From positions 1,711 to 65,710 of the forward strand of contig DASQDP010000049.1 of assembly GCA_035634095.1 (NCBI GenBank): DNA of 64,000 nucleotides. Direction: 5' to 3'. Source of the stretch: Nocardioidaceae bacterium (GTDB lineage Bacteria > Actinomycetota > Actinomycetes > Propionibacteriales > Nocardioidaceae). This document shows, one piece after another, positions 1 through 10,475 of the stretch (positions within the stretch are counted from its first letter, which is position 1; each line of letters opens with the position of its first letter). The position numbers were made by a program, and so were the translations under genes. Below the pieces are notes generated by a model. The model saw only the letters and a program-made list of their open reading frames with translations, had not been told where the DNA came from and searched no databases.

Positions 1-1
1 C

Positions 2-955
2 GTGCTGCCGACCTCGGCGTACACCCGCCAGGCGTCCCTGGCCGGGCAGCCGATGACCGGCCTGCTCGACCCGCGCAAGGTGGTCGACCTCGTCGACGGC
101 GGCGCCACGGTGGTGCTGCAGGGGCTGCAGCGCTACTGGGAGCCGCTGGGTGCCCTGGTCGCCGACCTGGAGCTGGCGCTGGGGCACCCGTGCCAGGCCA
201 ACGCCTACCTCACCCCACCCGGGGCGCAGGGATTCGCGGTGCACTCCGACAGCCACGACGTCTTCGTCTTCCAGACCCACGGCAGCAAGGTGTGGGAGGT
301 GCACGACCCCGCCGCGAGCGAGCAACCCCTGTCCGTCGTGCTCGAGCCGGGCGTCAGCATGTACCTCCCGACGGGCACCCCGCACGCCGCCCGGGCGCAG
401 GAGTCCGTGTCTCTGCACGTCACCGTCGGGATCAACCAGCTCACCTGGCGCGACGTGCTGCGTCGTACCCTGCGGGAGGCCCTGGACGCTCTCGACGCGG
501 ACACCTCCCAGCACCTGCCGGCCGGCTACCTCGACGACCCGTCCCTGCTCACCGACGGGATCGCCGCGCGACTCGGGCCGCTCGTGTCAGCGCTGCGCGA
601 CCTGGACCCGGCGGAGGTGGCCGAGGACGAGGTGCGGCTGTTCCTGACCGACCGCACGCTCTGGCAGCGCGGCAGTCTCCGCGACCGGATGGCGGTGCGT
701 GACCTGGCCGACGACACGGCCATGCGTCGGCGGCGGGGTCATCCCCTCGTCCTCCGCGCGGCCGACGACAAGCTGAGGGTGATGATCGGGGACCGGTCAC
801 TGCTGATGCCCGGGCACCTGCGGGCGTCCCTGGAGATCGTCGGTGCGTCGAACGTCGTCCGGCCCGCCGACCTCGCCGAGCACCTCGACCCCGAGAGCCG
901 GCTCGTGGTATGTCGCCGGCTGGTGCGCGAAGGCCTGCTCGAAATCGTCGCATGA
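2..955 (+). CDS. JmjC/cupin-4 (ROX/NO66-like) 2OG-Fe(II) oxygenase, 5'-truncated by window edge
   Basis: NAYLTPPGAQGFAVHSDSHDVFVFQ..GSKVW with HxD and distal H (PHAA); winged-helix-like C-terminus. Confidence 0.85.
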   Translation: MLPTSAYTRQASLAGQPMTGLLDPRKVVDLVDGGATVVLQGLQRYWEPLGALVADLELALGHPCQANAYLTPPGAQGFAVHSDSHDVFVFQTHGSKVWEVHDPAASEQPLSVVLEPGVSMYLPTGTPHAARAQESVSLHVTVGINQLTWRDVLRRTLREALDALDADTSQHLPAGYLDDPSLLTDGIAARLGPLVSALRDLDPAEVAEDEVRLFLTDRTLWQRGSLRDRMAVRDLADDTAMRRRRGHPLVLRAADDKLRVMIGDRSLLMPGHLRASLEIVGASNVVRPADLAEHLDPESRLVVCRRLVREGLLEIVA

Positions 956-1848
956 GGTTCCGCTGCGCGGCCGCGAGCCTCGGGCGGGAGGAGCCGGCCA
1001 CCGGCACCGCGTCCACCGTTCGCGCGTTCCTGCTGGTGGAGAACGCCGGTCCGTGGGGAGTGGACGCCCTCGTGGACGCCCGGATGCCGCAGCAGGTCAA
1101 GGAGGCGCTGGCCGCTCTGGCCGCAGCGTCCGGAGTCCGGGTGCTGCTCGTCCGGCGGCACGCCGGAGCGCCGTCCGGCCCGGGGCTCCGGGTGTTCGCC
1201 GCCTACGCCGACCCGTCCGCGCCCTGGCTGGAGAGCAGCACGGTGTCCACGCCTGCGGACCTGCTCAGGCTGGACCTCCCCGCCCTGGGCCGCGGCGAGT
1301 CGCCGGGGCTGACGCCGGACCCGGAGCCGGTCTTCTGCGTGTGCACCCACGGTCGCCACGACACCTGCTGCGCCGAGCTCGGCAGGCCCACCGCCAGCGC
1401 GCTGGCCGCCGCGCAGCCGGGGCGCACCTGGGAGGTCTCGCACATCGGCGGGGACCGGTTCGCGGCCAACGTGCTGGTGCTGCCGGACGGGCTCTACTAC
1501 GGGCGGGTGCCGGCAGCGGGGGCCTCGGCGCTGGCCACCCTGCACCTGTCCGGGCACCTCGACCTCGACCTGCTGCGCGGGCGCTCCGGACTCGGCTTCG
1601 CGGCACAGGTCGCCGAGGTCGCGGTCCGCCGCGAGGTGGGGGAGACCCGTACCTCCGCAGTGCACCTGGTCGGCACCGCGCCGTCGGCCCGCGGCACCAC
1701 GGTGCGGTTCGACGTCGCGGGCACGACCTACGACGTGCGGGTCCGGGAGTCGGTCAGCAGCGAGGAGCACCAGCTCACCTGCCGGGCGCAGGTCACCAAC
1801 CCGGTGCCGACGTACGACGTCGTCTCGGTGCAGCCGGCGACGCGCTGA
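952..1848 (+). CDS. Sucrase/ferredoxin-like (thioredoxin-like 2Fe-2S) protein
   Basis: CTHGRHDTCC and WEVSHIGGDRFAAN motifs; ATGA overlap with upstream stop sets the start at 952. Confidence 0.85.
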   Translation: MRFRCAAASLGREEPATGTASTVRAFLLVENAGPWGVDALVDARMPQQVKEALAALAAASGVRVLLVRRHAGAPSGPGLRVFAAYADPSAPWLESSTVSTPADLLRLDLPALGRGESPGLTPDPEPVFCVCTHGRHDTCCAELGRPTASALAAAQPGRTWEVSHIGGDRFAANVLVLPDGLYYGRVPAAGASALATLHLSGHLDLDLLRGRSGLGFAAQVAEVAVRREVGETRTSAVHLVGTAPSARGTTVRFDVAGTTYDVRVRESVSSEEHQLTCRAQVTNPVPTYDVVSVQPATR

Positions 1849-1885
1849 CCGCTGCCCGCGACATTCCGGGGGCACGGCCGGAATA

Positions 1886-1900
1886 GTTAGCAAGGGTAAC
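1886..1900. promoter_or_regulatory. Probable MarR operator (GTTA-N7-TAAC)
   Basis: AT-rich imperfect palindrome gttagcaagggtaac just upstream of the marR start. Confidence 0.5.
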
Positions 1901-1917
1901 GAGTTAGGCTGAGTACC

Positions 1918-2367
1918 ATGCCATCCGCAGAGCGAGTCACGCGCACCGACACAGGCCTCGCGTCGGCGCTGCGCGTCTCCGTGGCCCGGCTCTCGCGCCG
2001 GCTGCGCAGCGAGCGGGACCCCGGCAACGAGCTGCTCCCGGTGGGACAGCTCTCGGTGCTCGGGGTGTTGTTCCGCCACGGCGAGTGCACCGTCGGAGAG
2101 CTCGCCGCCCTCGAGCGCGTGCAGCCACCGTCGATGACCCGCACCGTCAGCTGCCTCGAGGAGGGCGGGTACGTCGTGCGCAGCCGCTCCGTGACCGACG
2201 GACGGCAGGTCGTGGTCGCCCTGTCCGCGAAGGGCGCCGAGATCCTGGCCGCTGACCGCCGTCGCCGCGACGCCTGGCTCGCGCAGCGGCTGCGCGAGCT
2301 GAGCGCCGACGAGCGGGCCGTGCTGCGCCGGGCCGCCCCGATCCTCGAGAGGCTTGGCCAGGCGTGA
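1918..2367 (+). CDS. MarR family transcriptional regulator
   Basis: wHTH pattern LAALERVQPPSMTRTVSCLEEGGYV..DGRQ. Confidence 0.93.
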   Translation: MPSAERVTRTDTGLASALRVSVARLSRRLRSERDPGNELLPVGQLSVLGVLFRHGECTVGELAALERVQPPSMTRTVSCLEEGGYVVRSRSVTDGRQVVVALSAKGAEILAADRRRRDAWLAQRLRELSADERAVLRRAAPILERLGQA

Positions 2368-3644
2368 GCCCCACGTTCCGATCCCTGCACGTCCGCAACT
2401 ACCGGCTGTACGCATCAGGCGCCGTGGTGTCCAACGTGGGCACCTGGATGCAGCGCGTCGCCCAGGACTGGCTGGTGCTCCAGCTCACGAACAACAGCGG
2501 GACCGCCCTGGGCATCACCACCGGCCTGCAGTTCCTGCCCATCCTGCTGCTCTCGCCGTACGCCGGGCTGGTGGCCGACCGGTTCCCGAAACGGCGGCTG
2601 CTGCAGGTCACCCAGCTGATGCTTGCGGTGCCTGCGCTGGTGCTCGGCCTGCTGGCCGTCACCGGCGTGGCGCAGGAGTGGCACGTCTACGTGCTCGCGA
2701 CGATCTTCGGGATCGGCGCCGCCTTCGACGCTCCGGCCCGGCAGTCCTTCGTGAGCGAGATCGTCGACCCTGACGACCTGACCAACGCCGTCGGGCTGAA
2801 CTCCGCCTCGTTCAACCTCGGGCGCGTGATCGGCCCCGCCGTTGCCGGGCTGCTCATCGCCGCCCTCGGCTCCGGCGTTCCGGCGACCGGCGCCGTGATC
2901 ATCCTCAACGCGCTCAGCTACGGCGCGGTGATCGTCTCCCTGCAGCGGATGCGCCAGCGCGAGCTGCACCCGGCCAAGCCGGCCGAGCGGCACCAGGGCA
3001 TGATCCGCGACGGCGTGCGCTACACGCTCGCCCGTCCGGACCTGATGCTGGTCCTCACCATCGTGGGCTTCGCCGGCACCTTCGGCCTCAACTTCCAGCT
3101 GACGTCCGCCCTGATGGCGACCGAGGTGTTCGACAAGGGCGCGGGGGAGTACGGCATCCTCGGCACCACCCTCGCGGTCGGCTCGCTGGCCGGGGCCTTG
3201 CTGGCCGCCCGGCGGGTGCAGGTCCGTCAGCGCCTCGTCGTGCTCGCGGCCGGTGCCTTCGGTGTCTCGGAGATCGTCGCCGGGCTGCTGCCGTCGTACC
3301 TCACGTTCGCCCTGTGGACCCCGGTGATCGGCATCGCGGCCCTGACCATGATCACCGCGGCCAACGCGACCTTCCAGATGCGGGTCGCCCCGGCCATGCG
3401 GGGCCGCGTCATGGCGCTGTACATGATGGTGTTCATGGGCGGCACCCCCATCGGCTCGCCCATCGTGGGCTGGGTGGGCGAGGAGTACGGCGCCCGGTGG
3501 ACGCTGATCGGCGGCGGGGTCGCCACCCTGCTCGGCACCGCCCTGGCGGTCCTGGTCTTCAGCCGGGCGACCAGGCCGGCCGGCGGGCACGCCGACCCCG
3601 ACGAGCCGCACACCCACGGCCGCGTGCCGGCCGGGCGTGCCTAG
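2364..3644 (+). CDS. MFS transporter (H+ antiporter / MFS_3-like)
   Basis: About 12 hydrophobic segments; SNVGTWMQRVAQDWLV; GTGA overlap with marR. Confidence 0.92.
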   Translation: MSPTFRSLHVRNYRLYASGAVVSNVGTWMQRVAQDWLVLQLTNNSGTALGITTGLQFLPILLLSPYAGLVADRFPKRRLLQVTQLMLAVPALVLGLLAVTGVAQEWHVYVLATIFGIGAAFDAPARQSFVSEIVDPDDLTNAVGLNSASFNLGRVIGPAVAGLLIAALGSGVPATGAVIILNALSYGAVIVSLQRMRQRELHPAKPAERHQGMIRDGVRYTLARPDLMLVLTIVGFAGTFGLNFQLTSALMATEVFDKGAGEYGILGTTLAVGSLAGALLAARRVQVRQRLVVLAAGAFGVSEIVAGLLPSYLTFALWTPVIGIAALTMITAANATFQMRVAPAMRGRVMALYMMVFMGGTPIGSPIVGWVGEEYGARWTLIGGGVATLLGTALAVLVFSRATRPAGGHADPDEPHTHGRVPAGRA

Positions 3645-3654
3645 GGTGGTGCGG

Positions 3655-3744
3655 GTGAGCCCCCGCTTCCGACGCCTGGTCATCCCGGGTGCCCTGACGG
3701 TGCTGCTGCTGGTCGTCGTCGTGTCCGCGATGCTGCGGGGCTGA
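3655..3744 (+). CDS. Small single-TM membrane protein (29 aa, MSPRFRRLVIPGALTVLLLVVVVSAMLRG), absent from the ORF track
   Basis: Fills the gap between the MFS and the methyltransferase; nearly all third positions are G/C; basic N-terminus plus hydrophobic helix. Confidence 0.6.
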   Translation: MSPRFRRLVIPGALTVLLLVVVVSAMLRG

Positions 3745-3747
3745 GCG

Positions 3748-4971
3748 GTGCCCGAGCCCCTGCCGCGGGCGCTCGCGCGGACCCGGAGCCTGCTCCTCGA
3801 CGAGACCTCGCTCGAGCGCGCCGTCGCCTCCGGCCGGCAGAAGGGCGGGACCCCCCGCTGGCGCCGGGTCGAGATCCGGTACGTCGACCTCAAGGCCGGC
3901 CGCCGCCTGCAGGTCACGGCGTACGACGCCACCCAGGCGCACACCTCGAACCACGCACCCGGGGCAGAGGCGACCGAGGCCGTGGACGCCCTGCTCGACG
4001 AGCCGTTCGGGAACTGGCACGTCCAGACCACCACCGCGACGCTGCAGCTGAGGGTGACGAAGAGGCTCGAGGCGATGGTGCACACGGCGGTGCGTGGCGG
4101 CGTCGAGGCGGACGGCTCGGACCGGGCCCACGACCGGCGGAAGCCGCGACTGCTGCCCGAGGACGACGAGGTGCTCGCGGCGCTCGGCCTCGCCGACGAG
4201 CACGGACGGGTCAAGCCCAGCCGGCACGCGAAGTACCGCCAGGTCGAGGAGTTCCTGCGCGACCTGGCGCCGGTCCTGGACGACGCGTTCGCCACCGGGC
4301 GCGTGCACCGCCCGACGCCGGACCGGCCGTTGCGGGTCGTCGACCTCGGCTGCGGCAACGCCTACCTGACGTTCGCGGCGCACCGCTACCTCACCTCCGT
4401 GCGCGGCCTGCCGGTGCACACCACCGGCGTCGACGTGAAGGCGCAGTCCCGCGAGCACAGCGCCGCGCTCGCCGCGTCCCTGGGCCTCACCACTGAGATG
4501 ACGTTCCTGCAGGGCGACATCGGCACCGCGGAGCTCGAGCACCCCCCGGACGTGGTGCTGGCGCTGCACGCGTGTGACACCGCCACCGACGACGCGCTCG
4601 CCCGCGCTGTGACCTGGGAGGCTCCGGTCGTGCTGGCCGCGCCCTGCTGCCACCACGACGTCGCGGCGCAGCTGCGCCGGACGCCGACCCCGGCGCCGTA
4701 TGCGCTGCTCACCCGCAGCGGCATCCTGCGCGAGCGCTTCGCCGACACCCTCACCGACGCGTTGAGGGCCGCCGTGCTGCGGATCCTCGGCTACCGGGTG
4801 GACGTGATCGACTTCGTGGACAGCAGGCACACGCCGCGCAACACCCTCCTCCGGGCGGTGCGCACCGGCTCCCCCGGGCCCGACTCCGTGCGCCACGAGC
4901 TCGACGAGCTCACCGCGGCCTGGAGCGTGCACCCTCGGCTGGCGGAGCTGCTGCGTGACCGGCTGGCGTAG
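3748..4971 (+). CDS. SAM-dependent methyltransferase (Methyltransf_32-like)
   Basis: VVDLGCGNAYLTF motif I; ALHACDTATDDAL; APCCH. Confidence 0.88.
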   Translation: MPEPLPRALARTRSLLLDETSLERAVASGRQKGGTPRWRRVEIRYVDLKAGRRLQVTAYDATQAHTSNHAPGAEATEAVDALLDEPFGNWHVQTTTATLQLRVTKRLEAMVHTAVRGGVEADGSDRAHDRRKPRLLPEDDEVLAALGLADEHGRVKPSRHAKYRQVEEFLRDLAPVLDDAFATGRVHRPTPDRPLRVVDLGCGNAYLTFAAHRYLTSVRGLPVHTTGVDVKAQSREHSAALAASLGLTTEMTFLQGDIGTAELEHPPDVVLALHACDTATDDALARAVTWEAPVVLAAPCCHHDVAAQLRRTPTPAPYALLTRSGILRERFADTLTDALRAAVLRILGYRVDVIDFVDSRHTPRNTLLRAVRTGSPGPDSVRHELDELTAAWSVHPRLAELLRDRLA

Positions 4972-5935
4972 TGCCTGCGCGCTGTGCGTCGGTCTCCTGA
5001 CCGTGCCGCAGCCGCCGGCGTACGCCGCCGCAGACGGGCCCGTTGCGAGCAGCCGGTTGTGCACGCTGCAGGACGCCGAGGTCTTCGAGTCCAGTGGCCT
5101 CGTCGACCGCGGTGACGTGCTGTTCACCACCAACGACTCCGGCGACGAGGCTGTGGTCTACGGCCTCGACCCGGCCGACTGCCGGACGGTCAGCCGTACC
5201 GGCTACGCCGAGGAGGTCGACGACGTCGAGGCGCTCGCGCCAGGCGCTGGCGGGGCGGTGTGGGTCGGCGACGTCGGGGACAACCGACGTCGCCGCGACG
5301 AGATCGTCGCGCACCGGATCCGGCCGGACAGCGGCGACCAGCCCGGTGACCGGTTCTCGCTGGTCTACCCCGACGGCGCCCACGACGCCGAGGCGATGCT
5401 GGTGCACCCGCGCACGCAGCGGGTGTTCGTGGTCTCGAAGTCGGTGTTCGGCGGCACCGTCTACGTGGCGCCGCGCCGGCTGGCCGAGGGCTCGCCCAAC
5501 CGGCTGACGGCGTTCGCCGCGGTGCGCGGACTGGTCACGGACGGCGCCTTCTTCCCCGATGGCAGGCGCGTGCTGCTGCGCGGCTACGGCACCGCGTCCG
5601 TCTACACGTTCCCGGGCTTCGGGCACGTCGGCACGGTGCGGCTGCCGGCCCAGGCGCAGGGCGAGGGTGTCTCGGTCGGCGCCGACGGCCGGGTGCTGCT
5701 CTCGTCGGAAGGCGTGCGCACCGACGTGCTGGAGGTGCGGCTGCCGGCCGCGCTCGGTGCGTCCCCGGTCGCGTCTGCGTCACCGGTGCCGCGACCGCCG
5801 CAGCGCACCCAGGAGCGGGTGCAGCCGCCGCCTCGGGACGCGCGGGACTGGACCGCGATCGCGCTGGTGGCCGTGGCCGTCGCTGCGCTGGGCTGGGCGA
5901 CCGTGCGGGCGTCCCGGGTGCGGGGTCCGCGCTGA
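4955..5935 (+). CDS. Secreted/membrane-anchored beta-propeller (esterase/phytase-like) protein
   Basis: Signal-like N-terminus, ESSGL / NDSG / DVEAL / GDVGDN / DAEAM repeats, C-terminal TM; start uncertain. Confidence 0.65.
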   Translation: MTGWRSACALCVGLLTVPQPPAYAAADGPVASSRLCTLQDAEVFESSGLVDRGDVLFTTNDSGDEAVVYGLDPADCRTVSRTGYAEEVDDVEALAPGAGGAVWVGDVGDNRRRRDEIVAHRIRPDSGDQPGDRFSLVYPDGAHDAEAMLVHPRTQRVFVVSKSVFGGTVYVAPRRLAEGSPNRLTAFAAVRGLVTDGAFFPDGRRVLLRGYGTASVYTFPGFGHVGTVRLPAQAQGEGVSVGADGRVLLSSEGVRTDVLEVRLPAALGASPVASASPVPRPPQRTQERVQPPPRDARDWTAIALVAVAVAALGWATVRASRVRGPR

Positions 5936-5952
5936 CGTCGCGCCCGAGCCGG

Positions 5953-7667
<1,715 letters not shown>

Positions 7668-7689
7668 CGACGACCGGCCGCTCGACAGG

Positions 7690-8034
7690 CTAGGCGACCT
7701 GCCGAGCCACGGCGTCGTCGACGCTGGCGTAGATCGCGAACACCTTGTCGAGCCCGGTGATGCGGAACACCTCGAGCAGCTGGTCCTCGCCGCACACCAG
7801 GCTCAGCGAGCCGTTCAGCGCCTCGGCGCGCCGGCGCCCGCCGATCAGCGCGCCCAGCCCGGTGGACTCGATGAACTCCACGCCGAGCAGGTCGACGACC
7901 AGGTTGACCCGACCTGCGACGAGGTTCTCGGTGATGCTCTCCCTGAGCCGAGGGCCGGTGGCGAAGTCGATCTCGCCGTACGGGCTGAGCACAGTGACCC
8001 CCGAGCGGCGGTCAACGTCGATCTGCAGATGCAT
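7690..8034 (-). CDS. STAS anti-sigma factor antagonist (RsbV/SpoIIAA-like)
   Basis: GEIDFATGPRLR; FIESTGLGAL phosphorylation loop; FRITGLDKVF. Confidence 0.92.
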   Translation of the reverse strand: MHLQIDVDRRSGVTVLSPYGEIDFATGPRLRESITENLVAGRVNLVVDLLGVEFIESTGLGALIGGRRRAEALNGSLSLVCGEDQLLEVFRITGLDKVFAIYASVDDAVARQVA

Positions 8035-8178
8035 CCTGGCGTCCTTCGGGCGAGGCGGGTGCGGGGCCGTGCTGAGCGGTCGAAGCGGACGGTGCGGGTG
8101 GCGCGACCTGGGCCTGAGGCAACCCTGGCACAGGGCGCGCGGTATGCCGGGAAACGGCGCCGCGCGTGGCGTGGCGGC

Positions 8179-8973
8179 TCAGCCGAAGCTCGCGGTCTCG
8201 CCCCGGGCGACGACGTGGACCATCTCGCTCAGGCCGCGACGGGCCATCTCGCCGGTGAACGCCGTCAGCGGGGACTTCATGACGCTGTAGTCGTCGACGT
8301 GCACCGGCACCGCTCGCTTCGGCCGCACCGTCTCCAGCAGGTCCGCGCCCTGGCGGCCGTCCATGGTGACCACCAGCCCACCGGGGAGGGTGGTGCCGCC
8401 GAGGTGCACCACGGCGAGGTCCAGGTCGGGGCAGCGTCGGGCGATCTCGGCGACCCCGTCGAACATCAGGGTGTCGCCGGTCAGGTACACCCGGTGCGCG
8501 ACGTCGCCCGTGGTGTCCCCCAGCTCCAGCAGGCTGCCCATCACCGGTGGCAGCAGCCTGCTGATCGGCCGTGGCGAGTGGATGCCCGGCAGAGCGGTCA
8601 CCGACAGGGTGCTCTGCTCCTTCACGACGGTGTGCGACTCCCACGTGTCCAGGCCGACCGCCCGGCGAAAGCCCTGCACGCCCTGCAGCCGTCGCGAGGC
8701 GTGCGGCGTGGTGATGATCGGCAGCGAGCGGTCCAGCCCGCGCTGGGCGATCCGGTCCCAGTGGTCGCCGTGCAGGTGCGAGAGCACGACCGCGTCCAGC
8801 GGGGGCAGCTCGTCGACCTGCATCGCCGGCTCGAGCAGCCGCTCGGAGAACAGGCCGTAGCCCAGGTGCACGCGCTGCCCGGCGTGCAGGAAGTTCGGGT
8901 CCGTGAGCACCGTGAACGGGCCCCAGCGCAGCAGCACCGTGGCGTTGCCGATGAAGGTCAGGTCGAAGGACAT
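8179..8973 (-). CDS. MBL-fold metallo-hydrolase
   Basis: LSHLHGDHWD metal motif; TGDT; VPVH. Confidence 0.9.
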   Translation of the reverse strand: MSFDLTFIGNATVLLRWGPFTVLTDPNFLHAGQRVHLGYGLFSERLLEPAMQVDELPPLDAVVLSHLHGDHWDRIAQRGLDRSLPIITTPHASRRLQGVQGFRRAVGLDTWESHTVVKEQSTLSVTALPGIHSPRPISRLLPPVMGSLLELGDTTGDVAHRVYLTGDTLMFDGVAEIARRCPDLDLAVVHLGGTTLPGGLVVTMDGRQGADLLETVRPKRAVPVHVDDYSVMKSPLTAFTGEMARRGLSEMVHVVARGETASFG

Positions 8974-9027
8974 GTCGCGGCGTACCCAGCGGCGGGCCTG
9001 TCACGCCGGACGGGCTAGTTTCGACAG

Positions 9028-9699
9028 ATGAGCACATCTCCGTCCCCCGACCTCGGCCGGCTGCGGCGTGAGTACGGCGACCGCGGTCTCGACGTACCCG
9101 ATCTCGAGCCGGACCCGATCGCCATGTTCCGGCGCTGGCTGGACGACACCGTGCAGGCGGGGGTGCACGAGCCCAACGCGATGGTGGTCGCCACCGTCTC
9201 CGCCGACGGCCGCCCGTCCGCGCGGCTGGTGCTCCTCAAGGGTCTCGACGAGCGCGGCTTCGTGTTCTACACCAACCTCTCCTCCCGCAAGGGCGAGGAC
9301 ATCGCCGCCAACCCGGCGGTCTCGCTGCTGTTCCCGTGGCACGACCTGCAGCGCCAGGTGCGCGTGGAGGGGACCGCCTCGGGGGTGGACGCCGAGGAGA
9401 GCGAGGCGTACTTCGCCAGCCGGCCCCGCGAGTCCCAGCTCGGGGCGTGGGCCTCGCCGCAGTCCCAGGTGGTCCCCTCCCGCTCCACCCTCGACGAGAG
9501 GTACGGCGGGGTGCTGGCCCGGTTCGCCGACGCGGACGCCGTACCCCTGCCGCCGTTCTGGGGCGGGTTCCGCGTCGCGCCCGAGGCGGTCGAGTTCTGG
9601 CAGGGCCGCAAGGGCCGGATGCACGACCGGCTGGTCTACCGGCGTACGCCCGACGACCCGCGCGAGGCGGGCTGGGCCGTCGCCCGCCTGGCCCCCTAG
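9028..9699 (+). CDS. pdxH: Pyridoxamine 5'-phosphate oxidase
   Basis: RLVLLKG, FYTNLSSRKG, RPRESQLGAWAS, EFWQGRKGRMHDR. Confidence 0.97.
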   Translation: MSTSPSPDLGRLRREYGDRGLDVPDLEPDPIAMFRRWLDDTVQAGVHEPNAMVVATVSADGRPSARLVLLKGLDERGFVFYTNLSSRKGEDIAANPAVSLLFPWHDLQRQVRVEGTASGVDAEESEAYFASRPRESQLGAWASPQSQVVPSRSTLDERYGGVLARFADADAVPLPPFWGGFRVAPEAVEFWQGRKGRMHDRLVYRRTPDDPREAGWAVARLAP

Positions 9700-9704
9700 C
9701 CGGA

Positions 9705-9786
9705 TTACCAGGGGATGCAGGCAGTTGTGCACTCCCCATGGCACACGGCCCATGGGAGGTGACAGAAGTCCTGCATCCCCTGGTAA
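9705..9786. repeat. Palindromic miniature element A (REP/MITE-like), 17-bp perfect terminal inverted repeats
   Basis: TTACCAGGGGATGCAGG (9705-9721) / CCTGCATCCCCTGGTAA (9770-9786); inner near-palindrome CTCCCCATGG...CCATGGGAG. Confidence 0.85.
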
Positions 9787-9804
9787 CCGGCGGGCCGTAG
9801 CCAG

Positions 9805-9833
9805 TTGTGAGTGAGCACTCACTCACTTATGCT
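9805..9833 (+). promoter_or_regulatory. SigA-type promoter with TetR operator in the spacer
   Basis: TTGTGA-N17-TATGCT; GTGAGTGAG-ca-CTCACTCAC at 9807-9826; GTG 7 nt after the -10 suggests a leaderless start. Confidence 0.75.
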
Positions 9834-9839
9834 GAACCG

Positions 9840-10475
9840 GTGCCTCCCTCTCCCGACCGGACCCGCAGGGCTGCGCCGATGGCGCCCGACGACCGGCGGC
9901 GGGCGATCCTCGACGTCACCGTGCCGCTCCTGCTCGAGCACGGCGCTGCGCTGACCACCAAGCAGGTCGCCGAGGCTGCCGGCATCGCCGAGGGCACCAT
10001 CTTCCGCGTCTACCCCGACAAGGCGGCCCTGCTCCACGCCGCCGCGGAGGACGTTCTCGCCCCCGCCGGCCTCGATGAGCTCTTCGCCGCCTCTCTCGAT
10101 GGCGTCACCGGTCTCCGGCAGCGGGTGCTGGTGGCGGCCGAGCGCCTCAACGAGCGCGCCGAGATGGTCATGGCGGTGATGATGGCGATGCGCGCCGCCT
10201 TCGCCTCGTGCGAGGTGCAGCACACCGACCGGCGGCCCAGGGGCGGCCCGCCGCAGTACGTCCTGGACTCCCAGCACGCGCTGCTCGAGCTGCTCACGCG
10301 TGTCTTCGCGCCCCATGCCGACGAGCTCTCGGTGCCCCCGCGCACGGCGGCGCTGCTGCTGCGGGCGTTGGTGCTCGGCGTCCGGCACCCCGGAGGCGGC
10401 GGGCAGGAGCTGACCCCCGGTGACATCGTCGACGCCCTGCTGGATGGCATCACGGACCGGAAGGAGCGCGGCTGA
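9840..10475 (+). CDS. TetR/AcrR family regulator
   Basis: LTTKQVAEAAGIAEGTIFRVYPDK HTH; start placed at leaderless GTG 9840. Confidence 0.92.
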   Translation: MPPSPDRTRRAAPMAPDDRRRAILDVTVPLLLEHGAALTTKQVAEAAGIAEGTIFRVYPDKAALLHAAAEDVLAPAGLDELFAASLDGVTGLRQRVLVAAERLNERAEMVMAVMMAMRAAFASCEVQHTDRRPRGGPPQYVLDSQHALLELLTRVFAPHADELSVPPRTAALLLRALVLGVRHPGGGGQELTPGDIVDALLDGITDRKERG

